Shown here piece after piece: positions 44,143 through 54,212 of a stretch of 64,000 bases of DNA. Made by a program: the position numbers and the translations under genes. Location: contig JANXAS010000006.1 in the NCBI GenBank assembly GCA_025062195.1, positions 13,072 through 77,071 on the forward strand, read 5' to 3'. Positions within the stretch are counted from its first letter, which is position 1; every line of letters starts with the position of its first letter. The notes below the pieces were generated by a model. That model was not told the DNA's origin. It made no database searches and saw only the letters and a list, made by a program, of their open reading frames with translations. The stretch comes from Armatimonadota bacterium. GTDB taxonomy: Bacteria > Armatimonadota > Fervidibacteria > Fervidibacterales > Thermosaccharophagaceae.

Positions 44143-44212
44143 GGCGTTTTGTGTAAAGGCGTTTTGTGTAAAGGCGCTTTGTGTAAAGGCGCTTTGTGTA
44201 AAGGCGTTTTTG
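44143..44212. repeat. 15-bp tandem repeat GGCG(T/C)TTTGTGTAAA, four full units plus a partial fifth
   Basis: Units at 44143, 44158, 44173 and 44188; the first two have T and the last two C at position 5. A partial unit starts at 44203. The repeat lies in the convergent spacer between the amzA-like gene and the 330-aa membrane protein gene. Confidence 0.9.
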
Positions 44213-44272
44213 CTACGGACAATCGTCCGCCCTCACGAAGTAGAACCAACTTCGCAACCCCTCTTGATTGCA

Positions 44273-45265
44273 TCAACGCATCGTCTCTATGGGGATGCCA
44301 AGATATGCCTTAACAACGGTCTCAACGCTTTCGGGGTCAATGAACCTGTGAGCAAGTGGCTCTGCATCTAATCTGACCACCTTAGTTTGACTCCCAACTT
44401 TAACCAAGTGCCTGTAACTACCGTTAACGAGGACGCAGGGACCTTGAATTAGCCCTTCCATGCGAGCCTTCATTGCCTCTTCGCTCATCATATCAATTAT
44501 CTTTACTGAGAGCCTTTCACCATGCTGCTTTCTCAGTCTTTCAACTCGTTCAATGGCTTCTGGGAAGTTAGTCACCCCCGGCGTGTCCTTTGGCGGCATA
44601 TAGAACACGACTTCAACCTTCTCGCTCGGCTTTGCTACAGGTATGCCCTTAAGCTCTTCGCCTTTGGTAGCCCTGTCTGCGAACACCTGCCTGACAAAGT
44701 TTGCAGCCTCTTGCATTGTGGCTTTCGCCCACTTCTGCTTGAGCTGCTCAACAGCCTTTGTATTCATTCCGCTCCCGTAAGCCTTCTTGAGCAGTTCGTC
44801 AATCTTTGTGATCAATCCGACAACATCCGCCTGAGGACCTGAGGAAATAACTTCGCCATTTGCAAGTATCGTGGCACAGTGGACATTTCGCTTCTCCATA
44901 GCCTTTGAGCCCTCTGGAGAATGCATATTGTAAAGCTCAAGATGAATGCGCTTACCCTCAGCCTTTAACACTTCAATCAACAAGGCTATGTTTATCATGT
45001 GACATTCAACATCAAATGGAAGGAATGCCTCAATACGCACCTTTGCATCCTTTGCACCAGCGATGTATGTGTTTGGCATGCCGGTTTGAATTTGAGGCAC
45101 CAGTTCTGTTGGCTTCGTTGTCTGCTGGATCGGCTTTCGTTGTGCACTCATCATGGATTGCTCATAGCGATACGCAAAAAACGAGGAGACGAGCACCGCA
45201 GCGATGAACCCCAAGATAAATATGCAGGCAATTATCTCCGTTGGGCGAAAGCGCCTTACAACCAT
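44273..45265 (-). CDS. Membrane-anchored hypothetical protein, 330 aa
   Basis: Long ORF with an N-terminal TM (IIACIFILGFIAAVLVSSFFAY). I recognise no family. Two internal segments look vaguely thioredoxin-fold-like but lack CxxC. Confidence 0.55.
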   Translation of the reverse strand: MVVRRFRPTEIIACIFILGFIAAVLVSSFFAYRYEQSMMSAQRKPIQQTTKPTELVPQIQTGMPNTYIAGAKDAKVRIEAFLPFDVECHMINIALLIEVLKAEGKRIHLELYNMHSPEGSKAMEKRNVHCATILANGEVISSGPQADVVGLITKIDELLKKAYGSGMNTKAVEQLKQKWAKATMQEAANFVRQVFADRATKGEELKGIPVAKPSEKVEVVFYMPPKDTPGVTNFPEAIERVERLRKQHGERLSVKIIDMMSEEAMKARMEGLIQGPCVLVNGSYRHLVKVGSQTKVVRLDAEPLAHRFIDPESVETVVKAYLGIPIETMR

Positions 45266-45279
45266 CTAACATCACCGCC

Positions 45280-45768
45280 TCAAAGCTCATGGATGGTTAC
45301 TTCAAGGTTCTCCAAGTCAAGCACAACTACAGTTGAAAGTCCCGTAAGCCATCCACAAGCCTCTCCCGGATTAATGGCGAGGCATTGATCTCGCTCAATG
45401 GAGAGCTTGTGAGTGTGCCCGTAAACGATGACATCAAACATCCGGCTTCTCTTCATCGCCTCAAGTGGTTCTGGCTCATGAATGACGGCGATGCTTCTTC
45501 CCTCAACTTCTAAAACAGCCATCTTAGCGTGCAGCTTGCCAAAGCTCTCAACTGCTCTGAGCAAACCAATTCGTTCGCCATCGTTGTTTCCAAACACAGC
45601 CACAAGATTGCAACTCAGCCTTGAGAACGGCTTGACCGAGAACGGCGCAACGAAATCACCAGCGTGAATGACCAACCCAACACCCTGTGATTCAAACACT
45701 TTGACCGCTGCCTCTATCTTAGCCATGTTGTCATGCGTGTCAGCTATCAAGCCCACCTTCATACTCAT
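45280..45768 (-). CDS. YfcE/MJ0936-family metallophosphoesterase
   Basis: Motifs MKVGLIADTHDN, IHAGDFV, GNNDGE and YGHTH are present. The start is trimmed to the ATG at 45768 behind GGAGGG; 45762 is also possible. Confidence 0.85.
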   Translation of the reverse strand: MSMKVGLIADTHDNMAKIEAAVKVFESQGVGLVIHAGDFVAPFSVKPFSRLSCNLVAVFGNNDGERIGLLRAVESFGKLHAKMAVLEVEGRSIAVIHEPEPLEAMKRSRMFDVIVYGHTHKLSIERDQCLAINPGEACGWLTGLSTVVVLDLENLEVTIHEL

Positions 45769-46303
45769 CCCTTCCCTCCGAGTGTAATCATGCCAATTAA
45801 CAATTGTAATCACTTGCCCAATCGGCTATCCAATTGCTGCCGGACTGACCGGATGTCACGCAAACCGTTAACGGTTAAAATAGCACGAGCAAAGTCTCAC
45901 ACGCAACTTGAAACCATTGCGACGCAAATACCGAGAGTGATGAAAGGTGACACCCAAACTATCCATAGCAGGGATTACTCAGCTGAATGTATGGGTGGCT
46001 GCTAATCTGCAGCGCATATTTTGCTTTCTGGCGAGCTGTCGTCCACACCGCTGCAAATGAAGATGGCTGTGCAAGCCCTGCGCAATTTAACCCCCCTAAC
46101 GATGCACGGTGCGATGGCAGACTCATTCACCAAAAGTTTTTGTAGGCAGGATATCCACGCTGCATTTTTGTGGCTCGGGCAAACTGTCTCCAAGCAGTTG
46201 CACCTGTGCTTGTAATAAATTGAGCGAGCTTATTCCCATGTCGGGTTTTGGGTTAGCGGCAGCGTGGTATAAACATGTTGGTGCTAACGAGTGTCTAAAG
46301 AAG

Positions 46304-46373
46304 CGGCGGCATCCTTGATGCCACCGTTATTCACACCCCCACACAGCCACCGCAGCCTCTAAGGATGCCGCCG
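46304..46373 (-). terminator. Long hairpin downstream of icd (possible terminator)
   Basis: Perfect 13-bp inverted repeat CGGCGGCATCCTT (46304..46316) / AAGGATGCCGCCG (46361..46373) with a 44-nt loop. On the icd strand it is followed by CTTCTTT. The loop is unusually large for an intrinsic terminator. Confidence 0.4.
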
Positions 46374-46419
46374 ATGCCGCTATTAATCTTCAACGGCTTT
46401 CATCAAGCACAATTATGCC

Positions 46420-47673
46420 CTACCGATGATGAAGGTGACATATAACTTCGTTTGCGAATTCGGAGCAGCGAAGCACTTTCACATCGCCGTCAATGTGCCT
46501 CGCCAAATCCTGCGTCATCTTCTGGGATTTGATTGTAAGGCTAAGCGCATTGTAAATCAAGTCGGCAGCTTCACGCCATCCAATATATTGCAACATCATT
46601 GCTCCGGAAAGGATCATTGAACTCGGATTGGCTACATCCTTACCAGCATACTTTGGAGCGCTACCGTGAGTCGGCTCAAATAACGCATGGTAATCCCCAA
46701 AGTTTGCCCCCGGTGCTATGCCCAACCCGCCAACTTGTGCCGCACAGGCATCGCTAAGGTAATCCCCATTCAAGTTTGGAAGCACTATGACGTCGTAATC
46801 CTCGGGGCGAGTAAGCACCTGTTGAAACATATTGTCTGCGAGCACATCCTTGATTATGAGCCTTCCGGCGATGTGCTCTTTAAATGCCTCTTTAATCTCG
46901 CGCTGTGTTACAACATGCTCTCTGAACTCGTTCAGCGCAACTTCATACGCCCATTGAGCGAAAGCTCCCTCGGTGAACTTCATGATGTTTCCTTTGTGGA
47001 CTATGGTTATGCTCTTCCTTCCGTTCTCAAGCGCATACTTGATCGCCTTCCGCACGAGTCGCTTCGTTGCGCGTTCACTTATTGGCTTGATGCCGATTCC
47101 GGAGTCCTCAGGTATAATCACATTGAACTCTTCCCTCAGGAATTGAATCACACGCCTTGCACCGTCGCTACCCATCTCCCACTCAATGCCCGCATAAACA
47201 TCCTCCGTCGTCTCACGAAATATGACCACATCAAGTTTCTCGGGGTGCTTGACAGGCGATGGGACTCCTTCAATCCACTTGATTGGACGAACACACGCAT
47301 ACAAATCAAGCTCTTGCCTCAAAGTCACATTGAGTGAACGGTATCCGCTAATCGGGGGTGTAGTCAACGGACCTTTGATCGCCACCACAAATTGATCAAT
47401 TGCCTTTAAAGTATCCTCGGGGAGCAACTCTCCATACAGCTTAAGTGCTTTCTCACCAGCAAATGCTTCGCACCACGCAATTTTCCTATAACCACAGTAG
47501 GCAACTTCAACTGCAGCGTCAATCACACGGCGCGCAGCACGCCATACATCCGGACCAATACCGTCACCTTCAATGAACGGTATTATCGGGACATCGGGGA
47601 CGCACAGCCTTCCATCAACAACTTTTATTGCCTCCCCACTCTCCGGGAGCCTTAGCTTTCGGAAGCCATGCAC
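46420..47673 (-). CDS. icd: NADP-dependent isocitrate dehydrogenase
   Basis: Motifs [32 protein letters not shown] and [10 protein letters not shown] are present, and the 417-aa length fits. Confidence 0.95.
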   Translation of the reverse strand: MHGFRKLRLPESGEAIKVVDGRLCVPDVPIIPFIEGDGIGPDVWRAARRVIDAAVEVAYCGYRKIAWCEAFAGEKALKLYGELLPEDTLKAIDQFVVAIKGPLTTPPISGYRSLNVTLRQELDLYACVRPIKWIEGVPSPVKHPEKLDVVIFRETTEDVYAGIEWEMGSDGARRVIQFLREEFNVIIPEDSGIGIKPISERATKRLVRKAIKYALENGRKSITIVHKGNIMKFTEGAFAQWAYEVALNEFREHVVTQREIKEAFKEHIAGRLIIKDVLADNMFQQVLTRPEDYDVIVLPNLNGDYLSDACAAQVGGLGIAPGANFGDYHALFEPTHGSAPKYAGKDVANPSSMILSGAMMLQYIGWREAADLIYNALSLTIKSQKMTQDLARHIDGDVKVLRCSEFANEVICHLHHR

Positions 47674-47954
47674 CCCTCACACCACCTTTATGCTCACAGC
47701 GCAAGAGTGGATGGTGTTAACAGCGTCGGAATCAAAAGGAGCACTCCAAAGCACTCCAAAACTCACCTGTTGATATTTCGTTCAGTTTCGTTCATTGTGG
47801 GCTTGCCCTTCAATTCCTGTTTGCTCTCACAAATTCACTTTAGCGAAATTGCAATGCAGCAACGAGATCAAATGGCGCTCATCCCTGTGCGCACCATTTT
47901 CATTTTGCTCACTGCCAAAAAGCAATGTAGCATCACATCGCTCATAAAAATGCA

Positions 47955-48029
47955 TGGAGCTGGCGGCGGGATTTGAACCCGCGACCTGGGGATTACAAAT
48001 CCCCCGCTCTGCCGCTGAGCTACACCAGC
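47955..48029 (-). tRNA. tRNA-Thr (anticodon UGU), CCA encoded
   Basis: Hand-folded cloverleaf from the reverse complement: GCTGGTG TA GCTC AGCGGCA GAGC G GGGGA TTTGTAA TCCCC AGGTC GCGGG TTCAAAT CCCGC CGCCAGC T CCA. All four stems pair, with one G-U in the acceptor stem. Confidence 0.9.
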
Positions 48030-48120
48030 TCCTTATCTTCGCCAACTCATAACTTAGCGCGCAAGCCCTTCACTGTGAACATTATCAACATTGCAACAGC
48101 ATGCGCGCCCCACATTTCGG

Positions 48121-48230
48121 TTGGGAGTTACGCTCTTGGATTCGGGCAGCTTTAAATCCGCCCAAATTTGTCACTATTTGTGGCTTCAACCTGCCCTCGC
48201 AAAAACGACACTAACTGCCTACCCCCTATT
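48121..48230 (-). repeat. Copy C (divergent) of the ~120-nt structured repeat family
   Basis: The minus strand reads ...GGGCGGATTTAAAGCTGCCCGAATCCAAGAGCGTAACTCCCAACCGAAAT. This matches copy B's GGGCGGCTTAACAGCTGCCC...GTAACTCCTAACCGAAT. The 5' arm and hairpin 1 are degenerate. It lies 92 nt from the tRNA-Thr. Confidence 0.55.
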
Positions 48231-48532
48231 AGTATCGCTGCGCCTTGCAGGCAACGGCAGTTAAAACGGGAAATCTAAAGCGCCATCTTTTACGGGCGAT
48301 GGATGTTCAACGACCATCAGCGACAAGCCATGACACCGCAAAGTTCAGGGCATCCAACCCTCCTCACCATGAACCTTGTCAGTGCAGCGACATTTGGATC
48401 ATGCCGCCCTTCTTGCTGGCTTTAATCCGACGCTTCTATGAGCAGCGCTGTTTTTAGCGAAGAGCGTCACATATATTATGCCACCAGAGGAAACTTATGC
48501 CATCAACTGCACATAAAGAGTTGTTAAAGCCG

Positions 48533-49450
48533 TTATGAAAGATAACGCACAAGTTGATTAACAGCGCTTAAGCTCCCCAGCAGCCCAAAGATGAGACCAA
48601 CAACTGTTAAGCTCGCAAAGAAATGCCAGTTCGGAACAGCCACATGAAACAGCGTCAGCAATATTTTGTTTGTCTCAACAAGCCTCAGAAGCGATGTATG
48701 CGCCCCATAGACCATCAGCGACGCGAACGCTCCGCCAATTAAGCCGTAAACCAATCCCTCAAGCAAAAGTGGCGCCCTTATGAACCAAATTGTAGCCCCG
48801 ACAAGCTGCATTATTCGTATGGCTTCTCTGCGCGCATATATTGTCAGTCTGATCGCGTTGGCAATCAGCGTCAATGTGGCAAGGGCTGTAATAATGACGA
48901 GGGTAAGCCCGCATAACCTGACGAGCCCGAAAATGCGCGAAAGTTGCCTTACCACATCAGCCATGCATATCACGCTTTCAACTCCCGGAAGTCGTTCAAG
49001 CCTCTTTGCACACTCAACTGCATCTTCAAAGTTTACGGCGACCACATCAAGCCTATGCGGCAATGGGTTGCCGCCGGCTAAATTGCGCAGCGATATGTTA
49101 TCACCCATTGCGGCTTCCATTTCTTTCAAGCCCTCGTCCTTGTGAACGAATCTGACACTTTTAACGAGAACCCAACGTTGAATCCTTCTTTGTAGCTCCC
49201 TTGCCTGCTGCTCTGTTACGCTGTTATGAAGGTAGACACGCATGTGGTTAACCTTTTCCGATTCGTGAATAACAGCCGAACGGATATAAAGCACAATGAG
49301 CACAAGCAGACCAAATATGGCTACCGAGATGGCTGCGCTAACTGTTGCAGCCATGCTCATCAACCAGTGTCTTCGCATGCTTGTGAATGCTTCAGATAAG
49401 CAATGTTCAATGAAGCGAAAGGGCACCGCGATACACCCCTTCCGGCTCAT
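48533..49450 (-). CDS. ftsX: Cell-division ABC transporter permease FtsX
   Basis: 305 aa with four TMs and a large periplasmic loop between TM1 and TM2. It lies immediately after ftsE, overlapping its 3' end. Confidence 0.85.
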   Translation of the reverse strand: MSRKGCIAVPFRFIEHCLSEAFTSMRRHWLMSMAATVSAAISVAIFGLLVLIVLYIRSAVIHESEKVNHMRVYLHNSVTEQQARELQRRIQRWVLVKSVRFVHKDEGLKEMEAAMGDNISLRNLAGGNPLPHRLDVVAVNFEDAVECAKRLERLPGVESVICMADVVRQLSRIFGLVRLCGLTLVIITALATLTLIANAIRLTIYARREAIRIMQLVGATIWFIRAPLLLEGLVYGLIGGAFASLMVYGAHTSLLRLVETNKILLTLFHVAVPNWHFFASLTVVGLIFGLLGSLSAVNQLVRYLS

Positions 49451-50102
49451 CCCTTACAACAGTGCCGTTGCGCAACTCAATGACTCGCTTCTTCAAAAAA
49501 TCAACTATGTATTTGTCGTGCGTTGCCACAACAACAGTTGTGCCGCGCTGATTCACGCGCTCAAGCAGTGAAGCAATCTCCAAAGATGAATCTGGATCAA
49601 GATTTCCAGTCGGCTCGTCGGCAAGCAGTATCAAAGGGTTATTTACGATAGCCCTCGCTATGCAAACCTTCTGTTGCTCACCGCCAGACAGCTGCCTCGG
49701 GTATGCATCCCACTTCTCTATCAACCCGACAAGCTGCAATGCGCTGCAGACAGCGTCACGGATCTCCGAGCGCATTGCGCCGATAACTTTGAGCGCGAAT
49801 GCGACATTCTCCCAGACCGTCTTATCCTGAAGCAGAAGGAAGTCCTGAAACACGAACCCGATTGAGCGGCGAAGGAATGGGACTTGTGATGGACGCAGCG
49901 TAGCAACATTGATCCCATTGACGATGACCTTGCCACTCGTCGGAAGAAGCTCCCGGTTAATTAGCTTGAGGACTGTTGATTTCCCAGAGCCAGTTGGTCC
50001 GACGATGAAAACAAACTCACCCTTGTTTACCGTGAACGACGCATCCCTAAGAGCCACAATTCCACCCTTAAACTTAACGGTCACATTGTGAAGCTGTATC
50101 AT
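49407..50102 (-). CDS. ftsE: Cell-division ATP-binding protein FtsE
   Basis: MIQLHNVTVKF..., Walker A GPTGSGKST, signature LSGGEQQ and Walker B ILLADEPTGNLD. The start is trimmed to the ATG at 50102. Confidence 0.9.
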   Translation of the reverse strand: MIQLHNVTVKFKGGIVALRDASFTVNKGEFVFIVGPTGSGKSTVLKLINRELLPTSGKVIVNGINVATLRPSQVPFLRRSIGFVFQDFLLLQDKTVWENVAFALKVIGAMRSEIRDAVCSALQLVGLIEKWDAYPRQLSGGEQQKVCIARAIVNNPLILLADEPTGNLDPDSSLEIASLLERVNQRGTTVVVATHDKYIVDFLKKRVIELRNGTVVRDEPEGVYRGALSLH

Positions 50103-50118
50103 GCTCCGTTCACCGCTT

Positions 50119-51207
50119 TCACTCAATTGCCTCTGGGTAAGAGCCAAGCACTTTTAAGAATAGGCACTCCTTGCGCATCTCTTCAAGCGCTGCCTTTACA
50201 GGTTCATCTTCAACGTGCCCTTGAAAGTCAACGAAGAAAAGATACTCCCAAGGTGTATGTCTTGCCGGTCTTGAGGCTATCATAGTCATGTTAATGTTGA
50301 AGCGCTGCAGCGCACCAAGAGCCCTGTATAGCGTTCCCGGACGATGCGCCACTGAAAACAGGATTGATGTTTTGTCCTGCCCGGTGGGCGGTTGGCTATC
50401 TTTGCCAATGACAAGGAAGCGGGTTTTGTTTCCCGGCATGTCTTCAATGTTTGAAGCAAGCACCTTTAAGCCATAGTGTTCAGCTGCCAATATGTGTCCT
50501 ATGGCTGCTGCATTTGGCTCGCTCGCAGCTCTCATCGCCCCTTCGGCAGTGCTGCTTACAGGACATAACTTCGCACTCGGAAGATGAGTTGAAAGCCACC
50601 CCTTGCATTGAGCCAGCGCACTGTCACGGGAATAAACGACCTTTATCTCCTCAAGCGAGCAATTAGCCATCAAGCAATGGTGAATGGGAAGGAGTGTCTC
50701 AGCGCATATCTTTAAGTTTGAGCGAGTGAACATATCAAGCGTATCGTTGACTTCACCCTCCGCCGTGTTCTCAACTGGCACGACACCATAGTTGGCATTG
50801 TCACGCTCAACTTCATAGAACACATCTTGAATTGTAGGCACCGGGTATAACTCAACGCCGTGTCCGAAATATTGCCTGCATGCCAAATCGGTATACGAAA
50901 ACTCAGGTCCAAGGTATGCAACTCTCACATGCCCTTCAAGCTTCCTGCAAGCGCTAAGTATCTCTCGGTAGATAGCCTTTAGTGAGTCCGAAGGTAAAGG
51001 ACCTTCATTTAGCCTTAGTAGCCTATTGAGTATTTGCGCCTCCCTTGATGGGGAATGTGGTGAGCGACCTCTAAGACGCTTATGGGCACCAATTGATATT
51101 GCAACCTGAGCACGCCTGTTCAAAAGACTCAATATCTTTTCGTCAATCTCGTCTATTTCTTTGCGCAGCTCCTCAAGGCGGTTCTGCCAATCCCCATTGC
51201 ATTCCAT
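50119..51207 (-). CDS. pheA: Bifunctional chorismate mutase / prephenate dehydratase (P-protein)
   Basis: Chorismate mutase helix LEELRKEIDEIDEKILSLLNRRAQVAISIGAHK, prephenate dehydratase motifs RVAYLGPEFSYTDLA and TRFLVIG, and the ACT domain SILFSVAHRPGTLYRALGAL. Confidence 0.9.
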   Translation of the reverse strand: MECNGDWQNRLEELRKEIDEIDEKILSLLNRRAQVAISIGAHKRLRGRSPHSPSREAQILNRLLRLNEGPLPSDSLKAIYREILSACRKLEGHVRVAYLGPEFSYTDLACRQYFGHGVELYPVPTIQDVFYEVERDNANYGVVPVENTAEGEVNDTLDMFTRSNLKICAETLLPIHHCLMANCSLEEIKVVYSRDSALAQCKGWLSTHLPSAKLCPVSSTAEGAMRAASEPNAAAIGHILAAEHYGLKVLASNIEDMPGNKTRFLVIGKDSQPPTGQDKTSILFSVAHRPGTLYRALGALQRFNINMTMIASRPARHTPWEYLFFVDFQGHVEDEPVKAALEEMRKECLFLKVLGSYPEAIE

Positions 51208-52144
51208 CTGCTATATCACCCCCCACACAGTGGGTCAAAATAGCCGTCAAACGAGCATTCGGGTATGTAAGGGAGCCCCCTAAGAACATCTCTTTAGAGA
51301 CGAACACAACTTGTCCCTTTAAAGCCACCAACGCATATCACACTATATTGCCATCCACCATGCACTTAGCTTGCTTTTAGTGTGGACATTTTAAATGATG
51401 AAAAAGCAGCAGGTGCAAAGTCAACCCCCAAAAATTTGTGGCACATTTCATGTGCCCATATCACTACAGTTTGCTCACCACCCGTCTGCTTAATCACCCT
51501 CACATAGTGTGTTAGAATAGCCATTGACATGCATTAGCACTAAAAGGCTGCAGCCATCAAGACTTCAAACAACCATGATAGCATTGATGAAAGCATTTGA
51601 CACCTCTAAGTTGCAACCTTAAAGGACGGCATACAGACTCTTAACAAAGCATCATTTTGATAAAGGTGTGGCTTTACAAGACGGCGTATAAGCCCATGGG
51701 CTTTGATACTCAAGCATGTGTAAGGCAATTTTGCGAGCTTGACGAAGGCGTGGGCTTTTCCAACAGCACATATAAGATGCATCAATATAAGGCGCTTCAG
51801 CCCGAACAAAGTATTTTAGCCATGAAAAAATCTCTCGGCTGAAGCTGCTCCTTATACCACATAACTGCAGTATAGATACTGTTACCTTCTCAGACAATGC
51901 TCTTTGCTCAAAAAGATGTCGGTGAGCGGTCATCCATTTCGCCGGCTTAGCCAGAGAGCGCCTTTATTGGGGCGACTTTCCCGAGGCAATGAAAAAGAGA
52001 AATTATGAGTGCCCCATGAGGGGCACCTTCCAGAAAGCTTGAGAGCCTTCAGGGGCTGTGGTTTAAAGTTCATATTTGGCAAAGGCATCCATTAACGACA
52101 TTCCCGGCAAGGAGCAAAATCAAGCATGTCGGTGGTGATGAGAT

Positions 52145-52954
52145 GTGGGTGATGCGAAAGCAACTTTGGTGAGCGAGGCTGAGGAGAACCTCTGGGTTAA
52201 GTGCGAAAAGTGTAACGCCCTCACATACCGTAAGGAATACGAACGAGAATTGAGAGTGTGTCCTCAGTGCGGTTATCATGAACGCCTCGGCGCATGGGAA
52301 CGGTTAAAAATAACTGTTGATGAAGGGACATTTGAGGAATGGGATTCGGAGATTTCCCCAGCAGACCCTCTTAACTTCCCCGAATACAAAGATAAGCTTG
52401 AAAAGAGCCAGAGGACGACTAACCTGAAGGATGCGGCATTGACTGGCGTTGCAGAGATTGAGGGCATACCTGTGGCGATAGGCATAACTGACTTCAAGTT
52501 CATGGGTGGCAGTATGGGCAGCGTCCTTGGCGAGAAGATAACGAGGCTTTTTGAGAGGGCTGTAAAGCATCGCCTGCCAGTCTTCATAATCTCCGGTTCA
52601 GGTGGCGGCGCAAGAATGCAAGAGGGATTGCTCTCACTAATGCAGATGCCAAAGACATGCGCAGCTTGCGCAAAGCTCCATCAGGCAAGGTTGCCCTACA
52701 TCATTCTGCTCACGGATTCAATGGCTGGTGTCCAAGCGAGCTTTGGAGCTCTTGCAGACATCACACTCGCTGAACCCGGTGCCATGGTTGGATTTACAGG
52801 TCCAAGAGTTATTGAGCTATCGCTCAAGATCAAAGTCCCCATTGAGCATCGCATGGCTGAGTTTCAATTTGAGCACGGCATGATAGACATGATCGTCCCA
52901 AGGAAGCTTGTGCGCCCAACGGTCGCAAAACTGCTGAGATGGATGTGTAAGTGA
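52145..52954 (+). CDS. accD: Acetyl-CoA carboxylase carboxyltransferase beta subunit
   Basis: N-terminal zinc ribbon CEKCNALTYRKEYERELRVCPQCGYHERL and FMGGSMGSV. GTG start. No accA is adjacent. Confidence 0.9.
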   Translation: MGDAKATLVSEAEENLWVKCEKCNALTYRKEYERELRVCPQCGYHERLGAWERLKITVDEGTFEEWDSEISPADPLNFPEYKDKLEKSQRTTNLKDAALTGVAEIEGIPVAIGITDFKFMGGSMGSVLGEKITRLFERAVKHRLPVFIISGSGGGARMQEGLLSLMQMPKTCAACAKLHQARLPYIILLTDSMAGVQASFGALADITLAEPGAMVGFTGPRVIELSLKIKVPIEHRMAEFQFEHGMIDMIVPRKLVRPTVAKLLRWMCK

Positions 52955-52957
52955 GGA

Positions 52958-53989
52958 GTGCCAACCATGCATGATCATCACAGCTTCAACAAACTCTCTA
53001 TCATTGTTCCCGTCTTCAACGAGGAGGGCAATCTGCGCAGGCTGCATGAAGAACTCGTTAGCGTAGTTGAGGCGCTCGGAATTGATTATGAGCTTTTGTT
53101 TGTTGATGACGGTAGCACGGACGGCAGCTACAAGGTGCTTAGGGAACTCGCCCTCTCAAATCCGCACACAATCGTTGTTAAGCTGACTCGCAACTTCGGT
53201 CAGACGCTCGCCATGCAAGCCGGAGTGGATCATTCAAGTGGCGATGTAATCGTATTCATTGATGCCGACTTGCAAAACGACCCGAGAGACATCCCAAGGC
53301 TGCTTGAGAAGTTGAAAGAAGGCTATGATATCGTTAGCGGTTGGAGGAAACGGCGTAAGGATAAACTGCTGACTCGCCGGCTGCCATCATTAATCGCAAA
53401 CTGGCTTGTCTCAATGATGAGCGGAATTCACTTGCACGATCATGGGTGCACACTTAAGGCATATAGGCGCAACGCAATAACTTCTCTCAGGCTATATGGC
53501 GAGATGCATCGCATGCTATTGGCATACCTTGGGCAGCTCAAGTTCAGAGTTACAGAAATTGAGGTTAACCATCGCCCAAGAACTTGGGGGCGCTCAAAGT
53601 ATGGGCTTGAAAGGACACTTAAGGTTTTCCTTGACCTGCTTGCAGTCAAGATGCTATACAAGCTTTTGACCAAGCCGCTTTATGCTATCGGCATTTGGGG
53701 ACTGACAACGACTCTATTTGGCGTATTAACGGCGTGTGGTTCGTTCATTTGCTACGCACTGGAAGCATCCACCATAGCATCGCCATTGCTTTGCATCAGC
53801 GCAATCGCAATCGTTGGTGGAATACAACTCCTCATGCTCGGTCTAATTGCTGAAGTGCTAATGCGCACATACTATCAAACTCAAGGTATAAAGCCATACG
53901 ATGTAAAAGAGGTCATCCATGCAGGCGCACAGACAAAGGGTTCAGATGAAGCGTCGCTAAGCACGACACAAGCAATGCGTCTCCACTAA
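52958..53989 (+). CDS. Family-2 glycosyltransferase, polyprenyl-phosphate sugar transferase-like (GtrB/ArnC/DPM1-like)
   Basis: Motifs LSIIVPVFNEEGNL, FVDDGSTDGS and IDADLQNDP are present, with two C-terminal TM helices. Confidence 0.85.
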   Translation: MPTMHDHHSFNKLSIIVPVFNEEGNLRRLHEELVSVVEALGIDYELLFVDDGSTDGSYKVLRELALSNPHTIVVKLTRNFGQTLAMQAGVDHSSGDVIVFIDADLQNDPRDIPRLLEKLKEGYDIVSGWRKRRKDKLLTRRLPSLIANWLVSMMSGIHLHDHGCTLKAYRRNAITSLRLYGEMHRMLLAYLGQLKFRVTEIEVNHRPRTWGRSKYGLERTLKVFLDLLAVKMLYKLLTKPLYAIGIWGLTTTLFGVLTACGSFICYALEASTIASPLLCISAIAIVGGIQLLMLGLIAEVLMRTYYQTQGIKPYDVKEVIHAGAQTKGSDEASLSTTQAMRLH

Positions 53990-54183
53990 CAACATTTCAC
54001 TGCAGCGCAACTGCTCAAGCAACAAAACACTCGGGTTAGCTGAGTTGTGTTAAAGTCGCGCTGCTTCAACACACAGCTGCACAGAGAAGCAGTTTCATCA
54101 CCTTGACCTGCAATTGCATCTTTGAGCATGCTTGCAAACGGAGGCGCGCCACAGCTCGGCGCAAAAAGAAAGCTGTTGGTGGG

Positions 54184-54212
54184 TTGACAAATGGCATTTT
54201 TCTCACTATATT
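54184..54212 (+). promoter_or_regulatory. Near-consensus sigma-70 promoter (TTGACA-17 nt-TATATT)
   Basis: TTGACA at 54184..54189, an exact 17-nt spacer, then TATATT at 54207..54212. It lies ~260 nt upstream of the prepilin-like gene. Confidence 0.5.

Noticed and set aside
44077-44371. Two overlapping plus-strand ORFs with VLCKG/FCVKA peptide repeats
   Set aside because: The peptide repeats are simply the translation of the 15-bp tandem DNA repeat in two frames. There is no other coding evidence, and the ORFs run into the 3' end of the convergent gene.
45850-46110. A seventh, ~240-nt copy of the structured repeat family (GTCACGCAAACCG ... CCCTGCGCAATTTAACCCCCCTAACG)
   Set aside because: Only the arm-like ends and a short AAATGAAGATGG segment resemble the family, and the internal hairpins do not align. 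The match is too degenerate to call without a covariance-model score.
48030-48532. tmRNA, RNase P RNA or a second tRNA in the 503-nt spacer next to tRNA-Thr
   Set aside because: The adjacent tRNA folds as a complete tRNA-Thr on its own. I could find no GAGGAAAGTCCGGGC-type RNase P core, no tRNA-like acceptor/T-arm pair and no tag-peptide frame. Part of the spacer is explained by repeat copy C. A proper Rfam scan is still needed.
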